Of a stretch of 56,318 bases of DNA, positions 39,127 to 50,405 are shown piece by piece. Made by a program: the position numbers and the translations under genes. The stretch's first letter is position 1. Every line of letters starts with the position of its first letter. A model generated the notes under the pieces. The model worked only from the letters and a program-made list of their open reading frames with translations, made no database searches and was not told where the DNA came from. This DNA is from Nitrososphaeraceae archaeon. Its GTDB lineage: Archaea; Thermoproteota; Nitrososphaeria; Nitrososphaerales; Nitrososphaeraceae. Location: NCBI GenBank assembly GCA_044870765.1, contig JBIOZG010000011.1, positions 1-56,318 on the forward strand. Direction: 5' to 3'.

Positions 39127-41863
39127 TAGTCTCTAAAATACTAGTTATCAAACTCTCCAGATTCGTCAAGCAATCCTGTACTTTGTTCTTGTCCCTTCCT
39201 CCTCCTTGAGCAAATTTGTCCGTACCCCCTCCTCCAGTACCGCCAAGTTTTAGGGAAATTTCCTTGGCAATTCTCGATGCCTTAAGGATTTTTCTCGATT
39301 CCTCACCTGCAAAAACAATGACTCTGATCCTATCATGATCTTGCACAAGTGCTACAAACACTAAAAAAGGATCAACGCAAGTACTTTTTTCTCCTAAAGC
39401 AATATAGTAATCATCACCTAACTGATCATCATAAGTGCCATAAATTTTTATTCCAACTCCAGTCTTGGTCGCTTTCTGCGCAACGATTGAAGCCATGTTG
39501 TCTGAAAATTTGTTAACAAGCGATCTTAATTTTCTCTTCATTAATTCATTTTCCGCTATCATCTTACCAAATGACTCGCCTACTTTCTCTCTACTTGAGC
39601 CCAATGATTGGGCGATATTGTATAACTGAGAATCCTGAGATTGGATGTACTGCAGCGCATTATTTCCGGAAACAAATTCAAGTCTTACTACACCATCTTG
39701 AATTCTCTCTGTCTTAAGAATTTTTATCAAGCCTATTTCACCTGTCTTATTAACATGGGTTCCACCACATGCTTCGACATCCCATCCGTCTATGTTTACT
39801 ATTCTTACATTGTTTGATGGAACTGCACCTCCTTGATATATCCTGAAGGTATATCGCGACTCGGCATCGGATCTTTCATGAATATTGATAAGGATCGGTA
39901 AATTTTTCTGAACTACTTCATTAGCAGTTTTTTCTATCTTCTTGATTTGTTCCTTTGTCAGAGCAGAATGATGAGTAATATCCAATCTTGCATAATGTTC
40001 GTCTTTAAAGGCAGAATTCTGCCACACCCATGAGCCGAGATTGTTCCTTGCGGCAGAATTTAATATATGAGTTGCACTATGATTCTTTGTTATAGATCGT
40101 CTCCTCGTATTGTCAATAATCCCATGGACTACTTTGTTCTCTACAAAAAGATCTTTGGGTGAGGTTTGCATCTTGTGAAGAACTATATTATTTTGCTTTA
40201 TTACATCTATAATTCTGATGTCCTCGATAGATCCAAAATCTGGTTCCTGTCCGCCACCTCTGGGATAAAATGCAGTCTTGTCCAAAATCAAGTATTTGTC
40301 TTTGAGCACCTTGAGAACTTTTGCATCAAATTCCCTTATTGACTCGTTTTCATAATACAGCAATCTTGTAGGTTCAACTCCAGTGACAGGTTCAATATCC
40401 AAAATTTGCTTTGATTCGTGAGAAGTATGTAATTCTGATAATTTGACATAAAAGTCTGGAGGTATCTTTTCTATGACTCCAGATTCAAGTAAGAAATCCG
40501 GTGTAATACCGTCGGATTCATACATTCTGATAAGATCCTCTGTACTGGGACTTTTCTTGGATTTTACCATGGAATTAGCTATTTGATACATTCTTTCTTT
40601 GGACGAAGAATATCTATCGGATTCGATTTGTAGTATGGTTCTTACATCATTTTTGTGCTCCTTTAACTCGGGGTACATTGATTCTAGCTGTTCAATGTGC
40701 ATGTCCGTAACTTCTGCCAAATCGATATTCCAGCCAAATCTCGCAAGCAATGCAAGGGTTCTTCTTAAAACTATTCTTAAATTATATCCACCTCCTACAT
40801 TCGAAGGTAAGCAACCATCAGAAATTGCGAACATTAGAGTTCTGCTGTGATCAGCAATAATCGACAATGTTTCAAAAGGTAAGGTAGTCTTTTCTAGGCT
40901 TTCAAAAGTCAAACCAAGTTCTTTGGCAATATTTGTTTTAAGTAGGATTACATCATCTTGAAAGTGAGTATAAATCTCAGAAAATCTCCTAAAGTATTGA
41001 GACAAGAGCTCTGATTTAGAATCAATATCAATACCGAATTTGTCCGCAAGTTTTCTTATGACTGGGCCAAAAGTAGCATCGTAACTTGTAGGAGTTCCTA
41101 AAGTGATCCATGACAGACGTTCCAGTCCTGCTCCCATGTCTATTATTTTGTTATCAAGAGTGCGATAGTTGTATTGATCCCCCTCAAATTCAGTAAAGAC
41201 TGCGTTTCCAAGTTCCAAACCCCGAACATAGTATTCTAAGGAATAACCAAATGCTCCGGCACCCATCCAAACATCCTCGACAAATGTAATTTCATCTGAC
41301 TTGATGCCAAAAACATCCTTTAGAAGAGAATGATCAAGTTCTATGCATTTATCTTTCCAATATCCTCCTGGGGCATCAGCATTACAAGTTTGACCAATCA
41401 TACAGAAGCTAGTATAATGCCTGCCCGTAAGACCTACATTTTCAATATCATTAAAGCGAAGACACATTTGTGGAACCACTAGTGGGTTTTTCGGGATTTC
41501 AAATACTATTTTTCCATTCATTACTCTCTGAAAGTCCACAATAGAGGCAATAGTGAAATAAAGGTCCTCTCTCCATCTACATACCACGGGATACCTCTGG
41601 ATTATTTCATGATTATTTTTTTTAAAAAAACCACTCAATTCTTTCCAGGCATTTACAAAGTCCAGTCTTTTTTGCGTAGGTGGATCACCTATGAAACTAT
41701 AGTTTTCGTGTTCAGGACAGGATTCCTTATCCTTTATTGCCCAAAAGTATTTTCCACATAACTTGCAATTCTGTCTTTTGAATCCTTTATCATCAAATAA
41801 TGAAACTTTGTAATACTTATCTGGATTTGAGGAAAAAAGTGATAATAGGGACTGTTTTTCCAT
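39110..41863 (-). CDS. alaS: Alanine--tRNA ligase (archaeal type)
   Basis: YPVV.RWR.DLY..IASI.DFQ, ELGN.VF, DH.R, HSATH, EACGGTH editing motif, GGG..AQG. Confidence 0.97.
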   Translation of the reverse strand: MEKQSLLSLFSSNPDKYYKVSLFDDKGFKRQNCKLCGKYFWAIKDKESCPEHENYSFIGDPPTQKRLDFVNAWKELSGFFKKNNHEIIQRYPVVCRWREDLYFTIASIVDFQRVMNGKIVFEIPKNPLVVPQMCLRFNDIENVGLTGRHYTSFCMIGQTCNADAPGGYWKDKCIELDHSLLKDVFGIKSDEITFVEDVWMGAGAFGYSLEYYVRGLELGNAVFTEFEGDQYNYRTLDNKIIDMGAGLERLSWITLGTPTSYDATFGPVIRKLADKFGIDIDSKSELLSQYFRRFSEIYTHFQDDVILLKTNIAKELGLTFESLEKTTLPFETLSIIADHSRTLMFAISDGCLPSNVGGGYNLRIVLRRTLALLARFGWNIDLAEVTDMHIEQLESMYPELKEHKNDVRTILQIESDRYSSSKERMYQIANSMVKSKKSPSTEDLIRMYESDGITPDFLLESGVIEKIPPDFYVKLSELHTSHESKQILDIEPVTGVEPTRLLYYENESIREFDAKVLKVLKDKYLILDKTAFYPRGGGQEPDFGSIEDIRIIDVIKQNNIVLHKMQTSPKDLFVENKVVHGIIDNTRRRSITKNHSATHILNSAARNNLGSWVWQNSAFKDEHYARLDITHHSALTKEQIKKIEKTANEVVQKNLPILINIHERSDAESRYTFRIYQGGAVPSNNVRIVNIDGWDVEACGGTHVNKTGEIGLIKILKTERIQDGVVRLEFVSGNNALQYIQSQDSQLYNIAQSLGSSREKVGESFGKMIAENELMKRKLRSLVNKFSDNMASIVAQKATKTGVGIKIYGTYDDQLGDDYYIALGEKSTCVDPFLVFVALVQDHDRIRVIVFAGEESRKILKASRIAKEISLKLGGTGGGGTDKFAQGGGRDKNKVQDCLTNLESLITSILETSEKNG

Positions 41864-42185
41864 TTCACACAGTTATTTAACAATGTTATTAATGCTTTTG
41901 TAGGTTGCGCCCAAGGATAGCTAAAAGACAAATTTCTTGATTGTTGCATTAATGCCATTATTGTTTTCTACCTTGGTGAATATCCGCCTCTTCTACATGA
42001 TAGTATTGAGCATACTGCATGCAGATTGGTTGTGAGGTCTTTAATTTACATAACCTGTAGACAATCTCACAGGTGGTACGAAGATTTTCCTTTGTGATGC
42101 ATGTCTCATAGAATACTTTGTCGACATAATGTTAAAAAGTTAAATTAACCTGTCCATTAAAGTTCAAATTATCTAGGTTCATAAT

Positions 42186-43502
42186 TTGAATAACTCAAAC
42201 CAAACTTGGAAAAGGACACATTATTCGAAGAGTATCGATACTACTACGAATGGCCGGGAGGTAACAATTATCGGATGGATCTCTTCGATACGCGAACATA
42301 GTAACATAAAATTTCTTACAGTAAACGATAGGTTTGGTAGTATTCAAGTAATATTGAAGAAAGGTGAATATCCTGCATCCCTTGAATCTGAAATTTCAAA
42401 TATTAGAGATCATACTGCAATTGCAATAAAAGGTAAAGTTAGAACTGAACCTAAAGCTCCCAATGGAATTGAATTGATTCCAAATGATTTTAGAATTCTA
42501 TCTCTAGCCAATAAGAATTCGCCTATCGTTATTCAAAGTAGGAAAGGAGTTGGTATTGATACCAGATTGGACTTGAGGGCAGTCGATCTACGGAGACCCT
42601 ACCTTCAGTCGATTTTTAACATTAGATATACTGTATTAAACTCGTGTAGGGAATTTCTAAGACAAGAAGGATTTATTGAAGTTAACACGCCTAAAATAAT
42701 CGCAACGGCGACCGAAGGCGGAGCTACACTTTTTCCTATTTTTTATTATGATAGAGAAGCATTCTTGACTCAAAGCCCTCAGCTTTACAAGGAGCAGCTT
42801 ACTATGGCATTTGAAAATGTATTTGAAATAGGCCCAATTTTTAGAGCAGAACCATCACGAACAAACAGACATTTATCGGAAGCAACATCAATAGACGTAG
42901 AAAAAGCATATGTTGATTATAACGATGTAAGCGAAATTTTAGAAAGAATGATTCTTTTTTTGTGGAACGAGATAAAAGACAAAAATAAATCACATCTTGA
43001 ATATTTGAAAATACAATTACCCAACTTATCATTTCCATTTAAGAGATATACATATTCAGATGTAATAGAAAAGTTGCAGAGATCCGGTCAATCTATCGAA
43101 TGGGGTGATGACATTTCACAACAAAAATTATCCCAGTTGGACGATGAAGATATGAAACTTTTCTACTTTATTACTGACTGGCCGACTTCAATAAAACCGT
43201 TTTATGTGCGACCAAAGCAAACTGGAACAGAGTGTGAATCTTTCGATTTGATGTACGGCGATCTGGAGCTGTCTTCTGGAAGCACAAGAATCCATAATAA
43301 GGATGAATTGATAGAAAGAATGAAAAAACAAGGACTAAACATTGATGCATTTAATTTCCATTTGAAAGTTTTTGATTACGGCATGCCTCCTCACGCAGGT
43401 TTCGGGCTTGGCCTTGAACGGTTAATGATGAGTATGTGTGGAGTTGATAATATCAGGGACGTTGTATTGTTTCCTAGAGATATTGACAGGTTGTCACCTT
43501 AA
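42186..43502 (+). CDS. aspS: Aspartate--tRNA(Asp/Asn) ligase, likely non-discriminating
   Basis: TRLD.R..DLR, QSPQLYK, FRAE, GMPPHAGFGLG.ER; Pro in the KAPNG loop; directly upstream of gatCAB. Confidence 0.96.
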   Translation: MNNSNQTWKRTHYSKSIDTTTNGREVTIIGWISSIREHSNIKFLTVNDRFGSIQVILKKGEYPASLESEISNIRDHTAIAIKGKVRTEPKAPNGIELIPNDFRILSLANKNSPIVIQSRKGVGIDTRLDLRAVDLRRPYLQSIFNIRYTVLNSCREFLRQEGFIEVNTPKIIATATEGGATLFPIFYYDREAFLTQSPQLYKEQLTMAFENVFEIGPIFRAEPSRTNRHLSEATSIDVEKAYVDYNDVSEILERMILFLWNEIKDKNKSHLEYLKIQLPNLSFPFKRYTYSDVIEKLQRSGQSIEWGDDISQQKLSQLDDEDMKLFYFITDWPTSIKPFYVRPKQTGTECESFDLMYGDLELSSGSTRIHNKDELIERMKKQGLNIDAFNFHLKVFDYGMPPHAGFGLGLERLMMSMCGVDNIRDVVLFPRDIDRLSP

Positions 43503-43535
43503 CAAATAATATATCTGTGAAAAGATGACAATATC

Positions 43536-43808
43536 ATGATTTCAATCGAAGAATTAAAGTACCTCGCAGAAATATCCAAAATTAATCTAACTGATGATGA
43601 AATTAATAAATTTCCTCCACAGCTGAACAAGACAATTGAATACATTGATATTCTTGAAGAGCTAGCATCCGATGAATCGATTACCTTGGATTTGCATGAG
43701 ATAAATTTCGATGAGCTGAGAGATGATGTTGTCAAAAAGAGTGATGGACAACCAATAATCAAGAATTTAACGGAAGAAGGATTCTTGAGGGGACCTAAGA
43801 TGAAATAA
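43536..43808 (+). CDS. gatC: Asp/Glu-tRNA amidotransferase subunit C
   Basis: IS.EE...LA...KI.L, LRDD, GF..GPK; precedes gatA. Confidence 0.9.
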   Translation: MISIEELKYLAEISKINLTDDEINKFPPQLNKTIEYIDILEELASDESITLDLHEINFDELRDDVVKKSDGQPIIKNLTEEGFLRGPKMK

Positions 43809-43809
43809 A

Positions 43810-45255
43810 ATGGGACATCTTCATGACTTGCTGGCATATGAAGTTGTCGAAGGAATAAAGGGCCAACAATTTACTGCTGAACAGTACGTAGGTTCTATAA
43901 TTAAAAGAATAGAAGTTGTAGATTCAAAGTTACACTCGTTTATTACTGTGGACTCTGAAGGAGCTTTATCTTCAGCTAAAATCATAGATAGAAAAATTAA
44001 AGAAAAGGAAGACATAGGGTCATTGCCTGGAGTAACAATCGGAATAAAGGATAATATTTCTACAAAAGGTATCAGAACTACGTGCGCATCAAAAATACTA
44101 GAAGGTTACGTGCCATCCTATGATGCGACAGTCATACGGAAGCTCAAGGAAAATGGTGCGATAATTTTGGGAAAATTGAACTTGGATGAATTTGGTATGG
44201 GTTCAACAACAGAATACAGTTCATTCCACTCAACTCATAATCCATGGAATCTAGATTATGTTCCCGGGGGCTCATCAGGAGGAAGTGGTGCTGCTGTGGC
44301 GGCGGGCGAGTGCACCGTTTCTCTAGGATCAGATACGGGAGGTTCTATAAGATGCCCAGCTAGTTTCTGTTCTGTCGTCGGACTTAAACCTACTTATGGT
44401 AGGGTGAGCAGGTATGGTCTAATTTCCTATGCAAATAGTCTGGAACAAATTGGTCCCATTTGTAGGTCGGTGAAAGATGCAGTCATGATAATGAACATTA
44501 TCTCTGGAAAAGATATAATGGATAATACAAGCATACAATCGACTCCAATTGCAATTCAAAGCAAATTAGGTAAATTAAACATCGCGATAATAAAAGAATT
44601 GATTAATGGAAGTGACCATGACGTTACTAGAACAGTTTATTCTGCCTCTGAAAAATTCAAAGATATAGGATATTCATGTGAAGAAGTATCAATAAAAAAT
44701 TTGGATTATGCGTTGCCGTCATATTATACCCTTGCTAGTGCCGAGGCTAGCAGTAATCTTGCGCGATATGACAACATTAGATATGGCTTTGATTTCCCAA
44801 TTGAGGAATACAAATGGGATACTTATTTTAGTAATGTTAGAAAAAACTTTGGTCAGGAAGTGAAAAGGAGAATATTGATAGGATCATACGTATTGTCTTC
44901 TGGATATTATAGTAAATATTATCTCAAGGCTAGGATGTTGCGGTCGCTCTTAAAATTGGAACTGCTAAAGCTATTCAACAAGTATGATTTATTGATTGGT
45001 CCGACAATGCCGATACTTCCATTTAAGATTGGCGAGAAAATAGATGATCCATTTAAGATGTATCTTATTGATATTAATACTGTATTAGCCAACCTTGCAG
45101 GCATTCCTGCGATATCTATACCAGTTGGATTTAGTAACGGTCTTCCTATAGGATTACAAATAATGGCAGCTCCATTTCAAGAACAGAAGCTTATTGATGC
45201 TTCATTAACCCTTGAAGACACAATTGATATTCAGAGGAGACCAAATTCGATATGA
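43810..45255 (+). CDS. gatA: Asp/Glu-tRNA amidotransferase subunit A
   Basis: Amidase signature GGSSGGS, GSDTGGSIR; SSNLARYD, EVKRRI. Confidence 0.96.
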   Translation: MGHLHDLLAYEVVEGIKGQQFTAEQYVGSIIKRIEVVDSKLHSFITVDSEGALSSAKIIDRKIKEKEDIGSLPGVTIGIKDNISTKGIRTTCASKILEGYVPSYDATVIRKLKENGAIILGKLNLDEFGMGSTTEYSSFHSTHNPWNLDYVPGGSSGGSGAAVAAGECTVSLGSDTGGSIRCPASFCSVVGLKPTYGRVSRYGLISYANSLEQIGPICRSVKDAVMIMNIISGKDIMDNTSIQSTPIAIQSKLGKLNIAIIKELINGSDHDVTRTVYSASEKFKDIGYSCEEVSIKNLDYALPSYYTLASAEASSNLARYDNIRYGFDFPIEEYKWDTYFSNVRKNFGQEVKRRILIGSYVLSSGYYSKYYLKARMLRSLLKLELLKLFNKYDLLIGPTMPILPFKIGEKIDDPFKMYLIDINTVLANLAGIPAISIPVGFSNGLPIGLQIMAAPFQEQKLIDASLTLEDTIDIQRRPNSI

Positions 45256-46694
45256 ACTTGGTAATGATCGGGTTAGAAATTCACGCTCAGATAACCGCGC
45301 TCAAGAGTAAACTCTTTTGCTCATGTTATGGAAACTATCGTAATTTAAGACCAAATACTAATATTTGTGAGATATGTAGTGGACTCCCAGGTACTTTACC
45401 AATTATTAATAAAAAAGCCATAGAGTATGCTACAATGACATCTGTTGCTTTGGGATGTAAAGTTCCTGACAAAATTATGTTTTATCGTAAGAATTATTTT
45501 TACCCTGACCTACCAAAAAATTTCCAGATAACCCAGTATAATGTCTATGGCTTCTCAAGTATCGGAGCAGACGGTTTATTCGAACTAGATGATTCAAAGA
45601 AAATCAGAATTACAAGAGTTCAACTGGAGGAAGATCCTGGAAGAATTGCTTATTCTGAGGAAGGCATGAATGTTAGAAATTCTGCACTTGTCGATTATAA
45701 CAGGGCTGGAGCTGCTTTGATCGAAATAGTCACTGAGCCTGACTTTAACGATCCAAAGGAGGTTAGACTTTTTTTAAATAAATTAACCTTGACACTTGAG
45801 CACATTGGTGTGTGTGATACATTATTGGAAGGAGCAGTTAGGTGTGATGTAAATGTGTCCATGAAAGGCGGTAACAAGGTAGAGATTAAGAATATCAATT
45901 CATTCAAGGAAGTAGAGAAAGCCATCAATTATGAAGTTACTAGACAGACTAGTATGTACAATCGTAATCTCAAAATTGAATATGAAACCCGACATTGGGA
46001 TGATAGAAAAAAAATTACTTTTAAGGCAAGAAGTAAGGAAGAAGAACACGATTATCGATATTTCCCCGAACCCGATATTCCTGTCATTGTATTAGGTAAT
46101 AACTTTGTTTCTACTCTAAAAGGTTACATGCCGGAACTACCAAACGAAAGATTCAATCGCTATGTATCAAATTACAAACTCACGGAACATACGTCTAACA
46201 TTCTTATAAACGACAAGAAATTAGCAGATTTCTTTGAGTCTTGCGTGAAGATCTATTTCTCCCCGGTAGAGATTGCCAACGTTCTGATTACCGATCTTAA
46301 AAGTTTCATAGATAACGATAGCGAGAGTACGGACTATTTGAGTAATATGAAGGTGAAACCAGAGCATATTGCTGAATTGGTGAAACTCATTGAAGGCAAC
46401 AAGATTAGTAGGATAACAGCAAAAGATATTTTAATCAAAATAGCTGAAAGAGGAGTATCACCATCTGAAGTACTGAATAGTACAAATTCTTTCAAGATAG
46501 TTGATGAAAAAACGCTTAAGGATGCTATTGATACAGTTTTTGATAACGAAACATCCGCAGTCAATGACGCCAGAAATAATCCTGAAGCAATAAATTATTT
46601 ACTTGGCAAAGTGATGAAATTCACAAAAGGACGTGCAGATCCCAAGATAGCAGCAAGTCTAATAAATATTAAACTAAGGAAATCCGAAAACTAA
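45252..46694 (+). CDS. gatB: Asp/Glu-tRNA amidotransferase subunit B
   Basis: IGLEIH, RKNYFYPDLPK, DYNRAG..L.EIVTEP, DYRYFPEPD, GRADP. Confidence 0.97.
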   Translation: MNLVMIGLEIHAQITALKSKLFCSCYGNYRNLRPNTNICEICSGLPGTLPIINKKAIEYATMTSVALGCKVPDKIMFYRKNYFYPDLPKNFQITQYNVYGFSSIGADGLFELDDSKKIRITRVQLEEDPGRIAYSEEGMNVRNSALVDYNRAGAALIEIVTEPDFNDPKEVRLFLNKLTLTLEHIGVCDTLLEGAVRCDVNVSMKGGNKVEIKNINSFKEVEKAINYEVTRQTSMYNRNLKIEYETRHWDDRKKITFKARSKEEEHDYRYFPEPDIPVIVLGNNFVSTLKGYMPELPNERFNRYVSNYKLTEHTSNILINDKKLADFFESCVKIYFSPVEIANVLITDLKSFIDNDSESTDYLSNMKVKPEHIAELVKLIEGNKISRITAKDILIKIAERGVSPSEVLNSTNSFKIVDEKTLKDAIDTVFDNETSAVNDARNNPEAINYLLGKVMKFTKGRADPKIAASLINIKLRKSEN

Positions 46695-46758
46695 GTTTCA
46701 ATTATGAACTGAATAAATATTTATTAATACTACAGATTGCGCTAGTTAATTGATAATG

Positions 46759-47997
46759 TTATTTCTTTGACAATTGTTCTAATTGATTTAATACCATGGG
46801 GAGAAATGCTCCAATGTCACTAACAACTCCTATTGCCTGTGTTGTCCCTCTATCCAGAAGTTTTGTGACTACAGCTTGACTGATATCTACTGCAACAACT
46901 TTTACTCGTGCAGGTATCATGTTTCCTACAGCAATTGAATGTAGCATAGTAGACAACATAAGTACCATCTTTGTATTTGTCAATATTTCTCTGTATCTAT
47001 CTTGCGCCTCTATGACATCAGTAATCACTCCTGGAATTGGACCATCATCTCTAATTGATCCACAGAGTGCGTATTGTACATTATTCTTAATACACTCATA
47101 CATGATTCCTGATTTTAGAACATTCTTCTTTACCATTTGTTCTATAGATCCAGCTCTAAAAACTTCATTTATGGCTTGCATGTGATTTCTGTGACCACGA
47201 ATTGCCAAGGTTCCATTTTTTACATTCATCCCCAATGATGTACCAAATAGAGAATTTTCTATATCATGCACAGCTAATGCATTGCCTGTGAGTAATCCAT
47301 CAATATAACCCATCCTTATCATCTTGGCCAAAAATTCTGCGGCACCGGAATGGACAACTACTGGTCCTGCCGTGACTACTATTTTTCCACCAGTACTTTT
47401 GGTATTATAAATATCTCTTGCAATCTTTCTTGCAATTTGCTGAGTTGGTCTTTCGCTTGAACTCGAACTACTCATAAATTGAAAAATGTCTATACCTTCC
47501 CTTGGTCGCTCTTCAGGTAATATCCTTACTCCTTTTTCACCCGTTACAATACTATCTCCTTTACGAATATCACGAATTTTTATACACTCGGCATTCTTGT
47601 TTCTGATATCAACCATAATACACTTATCCATCATCATATTCTGAACATCAATCCATTCATTGTTGAGAAAGATTTGTGTTGCATTATTAGTGGTACTGTA
47701 GAAATCAATGGGCATTACCATATCATTGGGGGCAGCCTTTAGAATAACTCCATCAATCTTCGTAGGTTGTGCCCCTTCGATATAGATTGATGCTAATAAT
47801 TGGTCAAGATGTTTTTTGTCATTTCCTGATATCAATAATCTTGCATAACTTAATTCGTCTTTCTTTTTCCCTACATGAAATTCAAGAACATTAAAATCGC
47901 CCTTTAGGTCCATAATTTTGTCGAAAATTCTTGTCAAGATCATTGAATCGATAAGGTGACCCTTAATCTCTATAGACTGTTCGTATTTTCTTTTCAA
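46759..47997 (-). CDS. TIGR00300-family (LOR/SDH-domain) protein, probable ornithine cyclodeaminase
   Basis: GHLIDS, FYSTTN, F.FMSS..SSE, GNALAVHDIE, GSIRDDGP, MLHSIAVGN. Confidence 0.88.
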   Translation of the reverse strand: MKRKYEQSIEIKGHLIDSMILTRIFDKIMDLKGDFNVLEFHVGKKKDELSYARLLISGNDKKHLDQLLASIYIEGAQPTKIDGVILKAAPNDMVMPIDFYSTTNNATQIFLNNEWIDVQNMMMDKCIMVDIRNKNAECIKIRDIRKGDSIVTGEKGVRILPEERPREGIDIFQFMSSSSSSERPTQQIARKIARDIYNTKSTGGKIVVTAGPVVVHSGAAEFLAKMIRMGYIDGLLTGNALAVHDIENSLFGTSLGMNVKNGTLAIRGHRNHMQAINEVFRAGSIEQMVKKNVLKSGIMYECIKNNVQYALCGSIRDDGPIPGVITDVIEAQDRYREILTNTKMVLMLSTMLHSIAVGNMIPARVKVVAVDISQAVVTKLLDRGTTQAIGVVSDIGAFLPMVLNQLEQLSKK

Positions 47998-48025
47998 GGA
48001 TTATCACTAATTAATGTGTGCAATG

Positions 48026-48352
48026 CTAAATTGGAAGTATTAATTTTCCGCTATACTCCGGAATGTTTTCATTTTTAATAATATTACTAATAATTTCGTC
48101 TTTCTTAACTTCAATAAACCACTGCGCTACAGATTTTGCGATGCCATTTTTATCGCATATTGCAATTAAGTATCCATTTTGATCCTTTATAGAAGCGAAA
48201 TAATTCTCTTCCCCAACGGGTTCCCAGTTGTTATTATTATTATCCTTCAATGCTAAAGCAGGCATGGCAATATTTCCAGTATATTTGTTCAAAATATCTT
48301 GAGCTACTCTTACTCGTTTCTCGCCCATTTTAAGAGCCGTAAAATACTGCAT
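48026..48352 (-). CDS. Conserved-looking hypothetical protein
   Basis: 108 aa ORF, MPALAL...WEPVGEEN, co-oriented upstream of the TIGR00300 gene. Confidence 0.7.
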   Translation of the reverse strand: MQYFTALKMGEKRVRVAQDILNKYTGNIAMPALALKDNNNNNWEPVGEENYFASIKDQNGYLIAICDKNGIAKSVAQWFIEVKKDEIISNIIKNENIPEYSGKLILPI

Positions 48353-49010
48353 TTGTTGAGTATATACCCTGCTTTCATATTTGTGTTTAGCTAGATTTTA
48401 TATGAGCAGCGCAATCCATTGGATAGAACAAGTCTGGAGCCGAATACAGTTTATTTTACGTATTTCAACTGTGTATGCCATTATATTGACCAAAATTGAT
48501 TCCTCGACGATACTAAGGCGGCACCATTTATCCTATCCGCAATAAGTCCGGACTTATCAATTGGTGGGCCCGTCATGTAAGGAATGTCGAATAGTTTGCC
48601 CCACCACCTTCCGTAGAGTTATCTTTTGAATTCGGTGATATGATTTCACCTGTAACTTAAATAAGATTTAGGGATCTATTTTAAGCAAAACTTAAAAACT
48701 GGATTACCAAGCAAGAGAATGGCTGTAGTGTGCAATCATGTGATCATTCAGTTGTTTTTGACCCACTCACTGAATTTTGAATAAAAAGGCGATAGGTTAT
48801 TGATTTGAACTTGAAAACGAAACGCAAATCACAATAATCCTCTTAACAGGACTTTCACCTACATGATTAGGTCACTTCATAAATATTGCATACGTAAATT
48901 TTAATTTGGTATGAAACACCGGCCGGATGACTAGTAGCGATGATCATTTACAAAGTAACATTGTCACTAACCATAAATTTTACGAAAATTACTAAAATTA
49001 CTAATTCATT

Positions 49011-49583
49011 TTATTTCGAATTATCATTTACCTTTTGCAATATTTCAAACACTATTTCAGGCTCACTCTTTGCAATATAATCATTAGCAGATTTTAAGAA
49101 CACTTGTAGTAATTGTTTGGAATATCCATCGAATTCATATTCTTTTGCTTGAACGGCCATTTCGAGCTTGTCCATATTATGAACAAACTTGGCACTATCA
49201 GTTGAATTATCCACGTACTCATTCCAAATATCGAGATATTTTTCACGGAGAGGACCAGGTAACTTGGAAAGGATTATTTTCATCGCCTTGCCTTCTACTA
49301 ACGCTTTTTTCTCACGTGATATGCTATCAGGCATTTTGTCACCAACAAGAGATTCAGCTAGATCATGAAGATTAGCCATTTTCATTATGTGCTCCGTGTG
49401 TAAATTTAGTATATCCGCCAGAACCATAGAGATCGTACAGGTAGAGTAGGAATGATCCGCAACCGATTCAGGCGAATCGATCTTTGATTTGTGTATCCAA
49501 CCTGCCCTCTTTATTTTTTTAAGATTGCAAACGATGCGGAAAAAAGATACAATATTGGCTATCTGGTTTTTTTCTAAATTCAT
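49011..49583 (-). CDS. HD-domain hydrolase (HDDC2/YfbR-like 5'-deoxynucleotidase)
   Basis: LK...R.GW, ESVADHS, HDLAE...GD, DKLEM..QA..Y. Confidence 0.9.
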   Translation of the reverse strand: MNLEKNQIANIVSFFRIVCNLKKIKRAGWIHKSKIDSPESVADHSYSTCTISMVLADILNLHTEHIMKMANLHDLAESLVGDKMPDSISREKKALVEGKAMKIILSKLPGPLREKYLDIWNEYVDNSTDSAKFVHNMDKLEMAVQAKEYEFDGYSKQLLQVFLKSANDYIAKSEPEIVFEILQKVNDNSK

Positions 49584-49850
49584 TCATCTGTCTTTGTATA
49601 TTTAATTCATATTAATGTGATGAAATTTCCAAATTCTATGCAGTTGAATGCAGGATGTCTTGACCAATTGAAGTGTATTTAGGGACAATAATGAAGTTAG
49701 ATAGCATATGATCAAGAAAATATAGCAAGAAACTGCTTACTAGAGCCATGATTATTGTAATCAAAATCAACAACAATACATTTCGTGTCTGCCGCAATGT
49801 TATACTGTTACAAACTCTGTTTGTTTTTATTATTTAAATCTAATTGAGTT

Positions 49851-50405
49851 CTAATTCAACTTCCACGGAATGTCATTTCGTTTTTGTCGTTTATTGGTCA
49901 CTCTTGCAAGAACAAAGAATAGATCTGACAATCTATTTAGATATGTGAGGATTTGCTGACTTATTTTCTGTTCTTTTGCAAGTGCCACTGCAGATGTTTC
50001 AGCGCGTCTTACGACAGTTCTGCAAATGTGTAATAAAGATGATTCAATAGTTCCTCCCGGAAGTATGAAATATGTTATTGATGAGAGCTCGTCTTCGAAA
50101 TTATCAATATATTTTTCAATATTAGAGATCATCTCTTCTTTAACTAGTAATTTGTTTTCTTTCAAACTGCTGGGATTTGCCAATTCTGCCCCCAGGACGA
50201 ATAAATCCTGTTGAATACTAACTAGTATTTCTTTTATGTCAGTAAAAATTGAATTGCTTTCAATATTGGAAATCAAGTATCCTATATGAGAATTTGCTTC
50301 ATCCACTTCTCCATATGCAATTATTCTCAAGTTGGATTTCGAAACGCGCGAACCATCTATTAAGCCAGTTACTCCTTTGTCGCCAGTTTTAGTATAAATT
50401 TTCAC
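49851..50405 (-). CDS. Cob(I)alamin adenosyltransferase, PduO type
   Basis: KIYTKTGD.G.T, YG.VDE.NS, FILPGG, RTVVRRAE, YLNRLSD. Confidence 0.95.
   Translation of the reverse strand: MKIYTKTGDKGVTGLIDGSRVSKSNLRIIAYGEVDEANSHIGYLISNIESNSIFTDIKEILVSIQQDLFVLGAELANPSSLKENKLLVKEEMISNIEKYIDNFEDELSSITYFILPGGTIESSLLHICRTVVRRAETSAVALAKEQKISQQILTYLNRLSDLFFVLARVTNKRQKRNDIPWKLN

Noticed and set aside
41864-42185. ncRNA or small gene between alaS and aspS
   Set aside because: Only a start-less minus frame and a 28-codon ORF were found, with no convincing structure or box motifs.
35195-46694. Dense cluster of tRNA-charging genes (dtdA, leuS, alaS, aspS, gatCAB) as a novel system
   Set aside because: All are standard housekeeping genes; ND-AspRS with GatCAB is the established Asn-tRNA transamidation route.
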